A stretch of 61,952 bases of DNA, the filler included, from Choristocarpus tenellus KU-1152 (lineage: Eukaryota; Protista; Phaeophyceae): the NCBI GenBank assembly GCA_964200185.2. It is 9 parts of 9 records of this genome, joined end to end, with 100 filler letters (N's around TTAATTAATTAA, not from the genome) between each part and the next. Parts side by side here need not be neighbours in the genome. Positions count along the whole stretch, not along the records: positions 48,598 to 53,350 come from CAXNAD020013191.1; positions 53,451 to 59,026 come from CAXNAD020010369.1; positions 59,127 to 61,952 come from CAXNAD020024414.1; 6 more parts are not named here. The stretch is one strand, 5' to 3'. This document shows positions 51,540-61,952 of the stretch, in pieces; the stretch's first letter is position 1; each line of letters opens with the position of its first letter. The notes under the pieces are model-generated. The model did no database searches and had not been told where the DNA came from. It saw only the letters and a program-made list of their open reading frames with translations. A program made the translations under genes and the position numbers.

Positions 51540-52944
51540 ACTCTCTCACAAAAACAACAAAAAATGATGGATGAGAAGACACTTATATAAGATTATAAAN
51601 NNNNNNNNNTACCCCATTTACGCTGTCCCCCTCCCTGTTTTCCCCTGAACGCTTTGGTTGCTCTTCCCCCTCCCCCCCTCCCCCCCTCCCCCCCTCCTCT
51701 CCATTGCCATGTAGACATACAGGTTTGAAGAAGTACAGACAATGAGGTTTGAGGTATATGATGCTGACTCAAGTTTTAACTCCACAGATTCTAGTTGTCT
51801 CAACCTTCAAAAACAGGCAAGTCCCTCCCTCTCTCCCCCACTGTATTCCCCTGTGGTTGTCTCCCCTTGATACTGTTACATATATTTTTGGGCATTTATG
51901 AGAATTCATCCCATTACATTTCATAAGATTAAGAGGTTTGAAGAGGTTGCAGGGGCGAAGGGGTGGTGAGTACTTTATAGTAGTATTGTATAGTAATATT
52001 AACAAGTTTGGGTTAGGACAGTGTAGAATTTTTTTAGATGTTGGAACTTTGCTCAAAGAGGTCGTGTTTGGAAGGATGATTTGTGGGGTGTGGTACTTGT
52101 TACATGGTATTATGTAGGCAAGGATGAATGCTGGACTTGATTTTGAATATTGGTCTATCTGTTCACTAAGAACATTTTATTTATTTTTGTTTCCTCGAGT
52201 TTGGTGCTCTCTGTGCTGTTTGATGAAGCTCACTGTGCTGCTGCTTTGTCTCAACTATGTCCTCTTGCTAGCAAAGGTTGGAAGGGAAAGGCGTCAGAGT
52301 TGTGGGTTTCCCACCCCCCCCCCTTAAACTTTTGTATGTCCTTGTATCTCCTTTCAATGGTGTACTTCAGTACTGAATTGTGGGGTTGATTCATCAACAA
52401 CTTGAGTAGAGCTTTCAAGTTAATTTGTACCCTTTGTATATCTAATTTGTACCCTTTATACGTCCGATTTTTTTGTAAATCGGCACCATAGGTAATGATT
52501 GAGTGTCACCATTCAAGAATACTTTGTAGTGTGTGTACCCCTTCAAACTGTGACAAACTAGCCTTGTAATCTTAATCTTTTCTCTACTATTTTTTTTCTT
52601 GCTTTGTCTGTACTCAAGCGCTACTTTCACATGGTGATTCATGTTATGGTTGCATGTTATTCTTGTAATTTATCTAATTTATCTGAAAAGGTCTGCGTTC
52701 AAGAGATTCTTCTCAACGATGTACTTACTTAATAATTTTTTATTTTAATACAGGATCATCAAGGGTATTCACAGTGTGTACTGGCACAGATAGTAGGATC
52801 TCGGGGCCAGACTTGGCAAGGTGACCTGCAAGGTGGCACACATGAGGCAGGGCAGGGGAGTGCAGGATCCTTGGTTGTTAGGCTGGAGGAGGTGGCCAAC
52901 TCAAACATGGTGGTGGAGTTTCAATTGAAGCCTTCTGAACTCAA
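49307..52944 (+). CDS. Copine (C2-C2-vWA; BONZAI-like), 5' part covering C2A and the start of C2B; truncated by contig end
   Basis: Exons 49307-49418, 49880-49965, 50425-50532, 51715-51816, 52754-52944 encode MGCAKS...LQLSISCNKLKNMDKFSKSDPFVVV...EWVEVGRTEIISNTLDPQF...YRFEEVQTMRFEVYDAD...LAQIVGSRG...VRLEEVANSN, all diagnostic copine motifs. Confidence 0.9.
51483..51537. repeat. Poly(C) tract
   Basis: ~55 consecutive C. Confidence 0.9.
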
Positions 52945-53060
52945 GTGAGAAGAAGAGAACAAAGCAGACATACCTTACAATAAATACATTAATTTCGTAT
53001 ATTATCTTTTGGGGGGGTTGTGAGGAAGGAGGCGTTTTGCGTATCGAAAACACCCGATAT

Positions 53061-53107
53061 GTTATATTGTTATATTGTTATATTGTTATATTGTTATATT
53101 GTTATAT
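53061..53107. repeat. (GTTATATT)n short tandem repeat
   Basis: About six 8-bp units. Confidence 0.85.
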
Positions 53108-53350
53108 GCAAACATTGATGCATCATGTAGGTACACAGTTATATTCTGAGGAGTTTTCGTTGAAGGCTGACTTCCTATGGACCTGAAGAAAAGAAACGTC
53201 GGTGATGATTTTGTACTTTTTTTTATTTTATTTATTTGTTTTCTTTTGGTTCTATTTTTGTGTATGGTGTTGTGTCCACTTTTTTTTTTTGGTGGGGGGG
53301 GGGGGGGGGGGGGGGGGGGGCATTTGGGTTGGGGGGGGGGGGGTATTTTT

Positions 53351-53450
53351 NNNNNNNNNNNNNNNNNNNNNNNNNNNNNNNNNNNNNNNNNNNNTTAATT
53401 AATTAANNNNNNNNNNNNNNNNNNNNNNNNNNNNNNNNNNNNNNNNNNNN
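53351..53450. other. Artificial contig linker
   Basis: N44-TTAATTAATTAA-N44. Confidence 0.97.
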
Positions 53451-53504
53451 CCAAATGGACACCCTGGTGTAGCCCCCCCCCCCTCCCCCCAGATAGTTTG
53501 GGTC
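53451..53504. mobile_element. MITE family B terminus at contig start
   Basis: ccaaatggacaccctggtgtag+C-tract+agatagtttgggtc. Confidence 0.75.
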
Positions 53505-56500
53505 TCTCAGATATAATATCTGAGGAGGATTGAATAGTCATAACGTGGAAATGGAAGGGTCTTCTTCTGCTAATATCTGTTTGTGAATCTGTTTTTTGTT
53601 GGTCCATGGTTGTGATACATGGAGGGGGTGCAGAACCTAGTCTATACTGTGTGCGCTGCCTATCCATGTCTAATCTTTTTGTTGTTCATTGTGGTGAAAG
53701 GCTTTGTCCTGGCCCTCCTTCCTGAATACTAAATATATGTACTAAGTTTTTTTTTTTTTCCAATCCAGTTGGCGACCTGACCCGATCAAGATCCTCGAGG
53801 CCTTGTGGTTGGGTTCAGTTACAAAACGTTCTTCTTACGTACGGAGGCACATTGCGGCATATTACTCTTACATCACTTAGGAGGAAGTTTATCGGGTACC
53901 TAGGTGCCCACGTTTATAGTGGAACCCCCATTATTCTAACCCTATCCCTAACCCTAACAATATCTCTAACCCAACACTGACATTAACAAGAAATTAATAC
54001 AAAACCGAAGAAATTCCTGGTGTTGCAAACCGTAAGATTTTGCGACCAAAATAAAATCGACTAGAGAAAATAATCTATTGCTCGAATTGAATCGACTTGA
54101 ATTGTTCGTGCATGAGGCAAAAACTCCAAAGCCTTCACAGGTCTGTCTTAAGAGGCAAAATCCAAAGTCATGAACAGTGAAATGTGTATTAATTGTGACT
54201 TGTGGGTGGTGACACTTTCTGACGAATATTATGTTCTTCTGTGTGTTACCTCGGACAAGGGAGCCAAACCAATTGAGATGTAGGCAGGTTTGGACCTCAT
54301 CAAATACACTCAATTTCATTACTCTATCCCCGCAAGATATTTTACGCAAAATGATAATCCCTGTTTCCACATACAAATCGACATCACAAATTCAGCAAAG
54401 GCTCTTTCTGTAGTTGTACAAAGGCATATTTTTGCTCTTTCTCTGGATGATTAAGATGCAGCCCTGCCTACCTCTCTCAGTTGGTTTTGACTCAACTTCA
54501 GTAACCAAACATCTATAGCCACCTTCCAACCGTATACCTTTAAAGTGCCCTTCCTTGAGAAGATATTCCTCAAGGTCTGTTGCCTCATATATGACGTCAG
54601 CATTTGCTTCTTGAAGTAAATATCGGGTGGTTTGAGTGGAGCATACAAACCCCCCTCATTCACTTTCTTGTTCACTCCTTCTCAGAGAAGGATCTTGTGA
54701 GGGATTGCTCACCCTCCTGCCTGTCTCCCTCATTCTCTCTTCCTCCTATGGGTCTTACGACTCCCCTTCAGTCTGAAGAACTGTCTGTTCTGTTTCCACC
54801 TCATTCACAATCTACGACAAAAAAAAACACGAATAACCGTACTTTTTCAGTTCTTTTATGCGGTTGTTCCAATTAATCTAACCTAAGCCCATTGAAATGA
54901 CTGCTGTGGTTCACAACTACTGAGTAAAATGCGCAAGCATCAAATGTGAGTGTGGTGACCCTATAAACCTACTAGGGACCTGTTCGCCCAGTAAATCTCT
55001 CCCCACCACATATAGCGTGTGAGAACTCTTTGGACAATGGGAAAGTTTTGGTTACTCCGGTCATGGCCATGTATTTCAAAAAGCAAGTAATATTATTCCA
55101 TCATTTTTTTGGAGGTAGAGCCGCTTCACATACAAATATTTTGTTCTACGAGCAAGTAAAAAGATAGTGGTTGACAAATTAGAAACCCAGACGTTATATC
55201 TTGAAAAATTGAACTAAGATTATATATTTTCACATCATCTCCACTCTCCACTTCTCTTAATATTATTTTTTCAAAGGTTCTTCACATTACAATAATGTAT
55301 TGGAGTAGTTGATATTGGACAAAGACTGTTTTTTCAAATTTCCAAACCAATAAATATCAACACAAACGCTCCTGGATGCGAAGGTATCGCCAAACGGAAG
55401 TAGGTGGTCTATACCTGACGTCCAAGTGGACGTTTATTCATTGTTATTAGTCTTGTATAAGCCACTATTAAGCGCTCCGATGTAGGGGTATAGAACAGTT
55501 CCCCCGACCACCAAGGTGCAAATGCCAAGTGGATTCCTGCGCGTCTTCGTGTTCCAACTGACAATGACATGATGATCTGTTGTAACTACACACATCACTC
55601 TGTTCAACACCTCTTGACCATTTCCAATCATCTAATGGGTTGGATATTGGTGATGAATTTGTGTGACTAAGTTGTTAGCCTGGATCCAGGAATTCGGGAA
55701 GGTTGCTTATCATTCCCCCAAGATAACATCTGGACATTGGTTTCGTATGAGAAGACTTGCTGAGATCGGCAAAGAAAGTCGGAGAGGGAAGAAGGTCGAC
55801 TAGGCACACCCATTGCTTGACCGCGCATTACACCTCTACGCCATCTACCCTTAGGTTTACGAAAGCAGTGTTTTCGTGGTGCAAGGATCATGTCAATGTG
55901 TACACCTGACTTCCCCGTGGTAGGGATGCAGAAGGGCGAGGAGGTGGCAAACTTTCTCCGCTTGCTTGCCTTGCTAGTGGTTGCGGGTGCGTCGTGGGCA
56001 TGGTTTAGCCGCTTGAATACCAAGCGTATGGTAATTATGTTTCTTCACTGGGCCAGGTGAGTCTCAAGACTTGCGACGAGGTACATAGAGGCTTTATTCT
56101 CTCTAACAGGATACAGTTATGGGTATGTGGTCTAATCAATGGTTGTCGACGAGGTGAACATTTTGTTGGAGTCTCTCCTCCTGGTGGGGCCTATGCTCCG
56201 GTCAGGTTTGGGATTGGTGCATCAGCAAATCGGTGCGGTGGTACTCTGTGGTGTGTACTGAAACTCGATATTCGTACGAGGATGTTGACATGCAGGCGAT
56301 ACTACCCTACCAAGCATGGACAATGTTCATCCAGTCTAAGTGAAATGCTGTTGTGCCGCTTTGTGGTCATAAATTGTAGTCCCTCGTCTACTAGCTCACA
56401 GTCTCCTCCTGTCACACAGAAGATATCTTGTTGGGTCCTGTTTGGTGTTTATAGGAATACCGTGATCGCCTAACGTTCTAGATCGAGGTCGGTTGCCTCT

Positions 56501-58769
56501 TCGGCAGAGTACTAACGTTGTTTCGTCCTGCGCCCGCTTCCACCTGGTGGCCCACCATCATCATGTCAACCTGGCAACCAAAGTGGCTTCGGGTATGTCC
56601 TTTCCCAGTCCATCTTGTCCATAATGGTAATGAATTGCTGGTCCTCCAACGAGTCGAAACCATTCATCTACGCCCTAAAGTTCATTGAGCTATCTTCCCT
56701 GAACTTATACTCCCTGAGCAACCTTGCTCTCACTTTAAGCCTCGCCCACATCAACGAGGTAAGAACATCTAAATGTCTGGGAAGGCAATGTTGGTGCCCC
56801 TTTACCCCCCATAAGGAGTTGAACTCCTCCTACCCCCTGGACAAGTGAGTCGGACTTCTTCGGTAGTCAGATATGCTGTAGTCATTCAACAGTCCATTCA
56901 CCTTGCAAATGACACCATAGTGCGCCCTTCAGTTATTGCGTTGTTGTAATTAAATGTGTTGCGAATTGATTCCTAGTCAGGTAGGGTTGGCTGGAGGATG
57001 GACAATGACTGTGTTTGTTTTAGTTGACTTGGGTCCTGGATCCATCGTATCAACTGCTCAAACGATGTGGTGGTACACAATATAAACCCAATACAGTACA
57101 TAACAAATATTAAATTTCAGCTGTATATATATACTCTGTATAGATAGGTCTTTGAAGGTTTACTGTTTTCTTGTTTTCAAGTTTACCACAACTCTCGTTA
57201 GTGTATCATAAGGGTCTTTACCGTAAGCAATACAAAAGTGTTCTTGTTGTGTCTATATTTGTTGTAATTATTTGCCTTGCATGAGATATCAATAGATATC
57301 GCTAATACGGAGGGGTGTATAGCTGTATCTATCGCCAGATCCCTTCCCCACACTTCAATTCTACCAATATCAAAATGTGCTGTTCTTCATAGTGTGTTGT
57401 GTATTAGCGTATTGGTATGGTGAGTCGATATCTGGTGGTATACATTTTATTGTACTCTAATAAGTACTGCTGAGCACTCCTAAACTAGCTCTACCTGATG
57501 GCATCATAATAACAAGAAAAGGTTTGAAAAAACAGTATGTTGAGAACTTACCAATACCTCCGGAGAAGGGGTTGGGGGGTTGTGGTGTTGCACTCATTAA
57601 ATTAATTGGATCTCGGATCTCCTTTCTATACATACAAGAGCTTGGATATTACCGATCAATGATTTCTGCCGTCATCATCGCCCAAAGGATATTAGATCAA
57701 CGGAACTAAACATTGGATAAATGTCCACAGGAAAAAATACTTCAGTCAGTCAAGGTCATCAAATTGGTACTCCCTCACTTGACTCCCCCTAGTGATCCCA
57801 ACTTGACAGAAGCACAGGACGTGTCAATGTATCAGGGGTAAGGATATCAAACTATTAGCTAAGGCCGTCCTGCTTGTGGCTATCCTTCTGGCTCTGAGCT
57901 CGGCCCCCTTTTGGAACAAACTGCTTGTGACTGGCAGCTACTTTTGGGTCACATCCACCGACCCGGTAAGACCTGCCATTTTTGTTATTGTTTATGTCGT
58001 GTCACCCATCCCTGATGTTATCGTGTGGTATTACCACATAATGTGGAGTACAAGGAGCTTGCTGGTATTGAGTCGATAGGCCGATTTGTATGAAGTATAT
58101 AACTGCAAGGTGTAGATGGTAGCATATGCTTGCATGATACACTTGAATTGTAATCTACAGAGGGAAAACAACTTGGGGCGTAGGATATTTTTTATGTTTG
58201 GGTACCATCAATCTGTACTGAGGCAATGAGCTGTGTTTTCCTGCTCCAGAATACTAAGTACCTGTAATGTACACTATTGATAGTATATATAACGCTTCCA
58301 ACTTGACGCGACAGGCTCTGTGATACTGCTTTATAACATTCATTCACAACCACTTCTCAATAAACGTACACGATATTCCAGGTAAAGATTCACTAGCAAA
58401 ATAACTCTTCCCCATACAACATGACGGACTAAGAAAATGAGGATTTACGGTTCCCAATGTCTTGACAGTTTGCTTGTGAGCAAACGATCAGATAACACAT
58501 TTTGCTGCCATTGCATGGGGCAAATGGTAAGAATGATCAAGGTCAAGGTCCCCCCTCTCATTTTTGTTTCACCATGAGCCAAATATTATGCTCCTATGAT
58601 GCTTGAAATCAACATTTCAAATAAAGATTTGCGTGCAGGCCACTCTATTTCTAAGCAACATTTCCCACTATACGGGGCTGAGGCAAAATGAGAAAACGAC
58701 AAATTGGTTTTGAGTCTTGCCTTTAAAAAAAAATCAAAGTTGTACTTACAGCTCTTTTGCATATAGGAC

Positions 58770-59026
58770 TCTTCTGTCCGAACTACGGCCAAGTAGTTGC
58801 ACCTCTGACTAACATCCTTCGGAACAAAGGGTATGCCTCCAAAAGAGATAGGAAGAAGAGTATTCCTTGGGGACCAGAGGAGCAGAAAGCCTTTGAAGAA
58901 CTTAAGGTGCGTCTGGTCTCCCCACCAATCCAAGTCTTTCCTGACTGGGATAAGAAGTTACTTCTTCATACAGATGCCAGTGAGGAAGGGGCTGGAGCAA
59001 CCCTAACCCAGGTACAGGATGATGAC
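58770..59026 (+). mobile_element. Ty3/Gypsy LTR-retrotransposon pol fragment (RT connection / RNase H start)
   Basis: FCPNYGQVVAPLTNILR...WGPEEQKAFEELKVRLVSPP...FPDWDKKLLLHTDASEEGAGATLTQ, the canonical Gypsy RT-RNaseH junction. Confidence 0.9.
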
Positions 59027-59126
59027 NNNNNNNNNNNNNNNNNNNNNNNNNNNNNNNNNNNNNNNNNNNNTTAATTAATTAANNNNNNNNNNNNNNNNNN
59101 NNNNNNNNNNNNNNNNNNNNNNNNNN
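59027..59126. other. Artificial contig linker
   Basis: N44-TTAATTAATTAA-N44. Confidence 0.97.
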
Positions 59127-59185
59127 TTTTTTTTTTGTTTTGTTTTTTTTTTTTAGATTTTTGTTTGGTAATTTTTTTTGAAGTG

Positions 59186-59218
<33 letters not shown>

Positions 59219-60367
59219 GTTAGAAGTGTAGGGTTGAAAGTAGAGTGAGGGGTTTGTACTATACATTGTAGGCTCTTCTCTCTGTACTTATAGTTACTCT
59301 GACTACTCCAGAGCATCTCAAAGTACATCAAAATACAGTAAATGGGGAGGAGAGGGAGGTGGAAGTGGGTGTTAAGAGGTTAGAGGGGGAAAAACAATTG
59401 GGGATGGTATGAGAGTCCTCAGATGAGATATTCAACATGGATAGTATTTATCATCTTGCAACATGGTATTGCAGATGGTACAAAAGTGGACTGCAACCAC
59501 TTTTACTGTGCTTTAACAGGTTCTAACCCTAACCCCAACACTAAGCCCCACGGAGGTGAAGAGATCGAGCAGGCTGCCGTAGTACTATTCATGGTACGAT
59601 AACAACCGGGATAGTTAATGGGGAGCAGTACTTCTAACGCATAGAGAACAGTACTCCAGAGTGCTGCCAAAGAACAACATTTTTTCGTCGAAATCTCAAA
59701 TTTTTTGGGGTGCTTTTTGCACAGGGGATAAAGAACTCTGGACACCACTTTTTTCTGTTTGTCTCCAGGAGATCTATGAAACAGTTATATATTAAATTGG
59801 CTGTATTGTGAAATACACTGAAGTAGAGCAACGTGATAATATGTGATATGTCTTGATAGATAAGAGGAGCACACAGGGCACCAACGATCAACCTCCTCCT
59901 AAGCAGGAACATGCCTGTTTCCAGGAAGCCTCCAAGCTCTCTCTAATCTTATCTCCCTCTCCTTGGCCCAACTCGTTAGGGCATTGTTGATCTCCAATGC
60001 TGCAGATTCTTCACTCTGACTTGGATGTCTGCTTGAGCAAGAATTTATCCGACATTTCGAAACAGTCAAACTTTCCGGGGTAGAAAAGATGAAATATTTT
60101 CAGGTATTTAGCAGTTTGTGATTTTTGATGAAGGATGTAACATACATAACAGAATTGGAGATTTTTCAAAATCGCCCCTCCTTTTCTGTACAGTTTCTAC
60201 TTTTGTATGCAATATATATAGTGAGTGTGGTCATCATTTGATATTTGTTGCAGGATGAGCAAGTTTCCAAGTACAAGTCATTATCAGATAAGCAGATATA
60301 TGTACCATATTGTGTCCAGCCCAGATACGAAATAGAGTATTGCATGACTGTGGTCCTGAAATTAATT

Positions 60368-61450
60368 TTACATACAATATGAACGATTAAGATTTAGGAG
60401 TACTATGATATCGCTGGGGGAGCAATCTGTTTGAGAAATATATCTATAGATATAATCGCCATATTGCAGGCGATTTTGACCTATTGAGCACCTGTTGGCA
60501 AGAAATATATATTGTAAAGAAGAGGGATGAAGGTTTCCTGTGACGCCTGGGTCAGCAGCAGTGCATCCCTCTATCCTCTCTGCCAAGATCATGTATCTGC
60601 CCTTGCATGGAGTGTGGGAGTTATGCCACATTCAACCACATAGATATGGGAAGAGGCATGTTACAGTGTGCAGGAGAGACTGATAACAGAGAAATTTGAC
60701 CTTGCTAGGTATGACGACCTATTTTGTCCAGATGTAGTGGTCAGCAAGGTTGGGTGGGAATACATAGGGCAGGATTATGGAGGAGCGATACGGAGAACCT
60801 AGTGTGCATGTTTAGGTATACAACTATTATTCATATGAGAAGACATTCAAGGATAGGTTGCCTTTTGGAGGGATGAGATTGGACTGCTGCTGTCACCAAT
60901 GACCTTTCCTCTTAGATGTGTGGACATATTTGAAATACAGGCCCAGATCAGATGCTCTATCATCTCCCAATGACTCCTTACATTGAGGAGTAATCTTCAT
61001 GAAGTTGAGGTTCCTTGCACTGAAAGGGGATGTACTTGTATGGGATTGTTCTTGTTCATGTAGCTGTCCTGATATTTTGATTATGAAGAGTAATGGCGCA
61101 CACCATCCAGAGATAAGCCCTGTATTACATCATAGCAACATAACTGAGGATACCATGTCATTGAACTCTAAGATGGAACATGCCAAACTTTGACTCATTA
61201 CCTGGTTACCAATTTGTCTGTGACCATCTGCAGAAGATGCATCCCTCTCCGCCCAGACACAGAGGGTGCTTTCTGCTTGGAGGCGAACATTCTGATTTTC
61301 TCCTCCAGGGAAGATGTCTCAAAACCTTTCAGTACAGATTGATCCCTTACTTCTTCATTGGATTTGACCGAACCATCTTTGGTTGGTTCAAGTGATCTGA
61401 TTGATCCAAGAATCATGGTCAGAGGAGAAAGCACCAGGAGTTTCACTTGG
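60368..61450 (-). pseudogene. Possible decayed LINE-type reverse transcriptase
   Basis: PGVTGNLHPSSLQYIFL...RLQYGDYI loosely resembles the RT motifs GVxQGxxLSPxLFxxF and LxYADD, in the right order. Heavily degenerate. Confidence 0.25.
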
Positions 61451-61775
61451 GTGAGGGAGGGGTGAATGGGTACAAAAAAATATACGTCGAGCTGTTAGTT
61501 CTCTATGTTTTTCAGTTTCTTCCAGTGTCCTACATATTTGAACTTTCACTATTCGGTCCGTTTCTGACAAGAAAGTTTGACCAACTGTAAATATCAACAT
61601 GTGCAATGATGAGATATGCTGTCCCGATTCACAACAACTGCCATTCTCTCTGATCTCAATATCTCCGATTTGGGAATCTTTTCATCCCTAAGAGGTAGAA
61701 TTTGGAGGGGGTGTTGCTGTATGATAGACAACCTTGTGAAGGGGGGTAAAGAGCATGTACATTGCGTGCAATGCA

Positions 61776-61952
61776 GAGTGAAAGTAACTTAGAGGGTACG
61801 AGTTTTTCCCTGTTTGTCCATTTGGGTCTTGGTTTCCCACGGGTTTTTAATGGCAGTTACCTACTCCAAAATGTTTCGGAGTAGGTAAAATGCCTACGTT
61901 ATGAAAAGATGTGTCCAGAACAAGGATATTGACATCTCGTAACAACCATGAT
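61776..61952. mobile_element. MITE family A copy, reverse orientation, cut by window end
   Basis: gagtgaaagtaacttagagggtacgagtttttccctgtttgtccatttggg... Confidence 0.85.

Noticed and set aside
51359-51690. Local duplication in copine intron 3
   Set aside because: The main duplicated blocks flank a poly(C) tract and a 10-N gap, so this is most likely an assembly overlap artefact.
11719-59126. Regularly recurring palindrome TTAATTAATTAA as a biological repeat or recombination site
   Set aside because: It is always centred in exactly 44+44 N and has stops in six frames, so it is an artificial linker. Gene neighbourhoods across linkers were therefore not interpreted.

Overview
Intron-rich eukaryotic DNA, most consistent with a brown alga or a related stramenopile (inference from gene style). 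The window is not contiguous genome. It is nine draft contigs joined by identical artificial 100-bp linkers (N44-TTAATTAATTAA-N44), so adjacency across linkers means nothing. Hand splicing gives: (1) an 11-exon, ~1,840-aa internal fragment of a giant 'EVQ'-repeat surface protein (-); (2) the 5' part of CFAP43 (-); (3) a nearly complete ~15-exon gene for a two-TM PAC(TMEM206)/ASIC-ENaC-like channel fused to three C-terminal WW domains (+), the most unusual gene here; (4) the 3' end of a gene with a C-terminal TM segment (-); (5) an unknown multi-exon gene (-) whose probable intron holds a decayed Rickettsiales-like yccA/Bax-inhibitor-1 fragment, a likely endosymbiont-to-nucleus transfer; (6) a VPS54-like last exon (-); (7) the 5' half of an N-acylated copine with two GC-AG introns (+). 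There is also a Ty3/Gypsy RT-RNaseH fragment, decayed retroelement-like tracts, a ~59-bp minisatellite element, and many related MITE copies sharing a ...AAAGTATCT terminus. Exon models and family calls were made by eye, without database searches.
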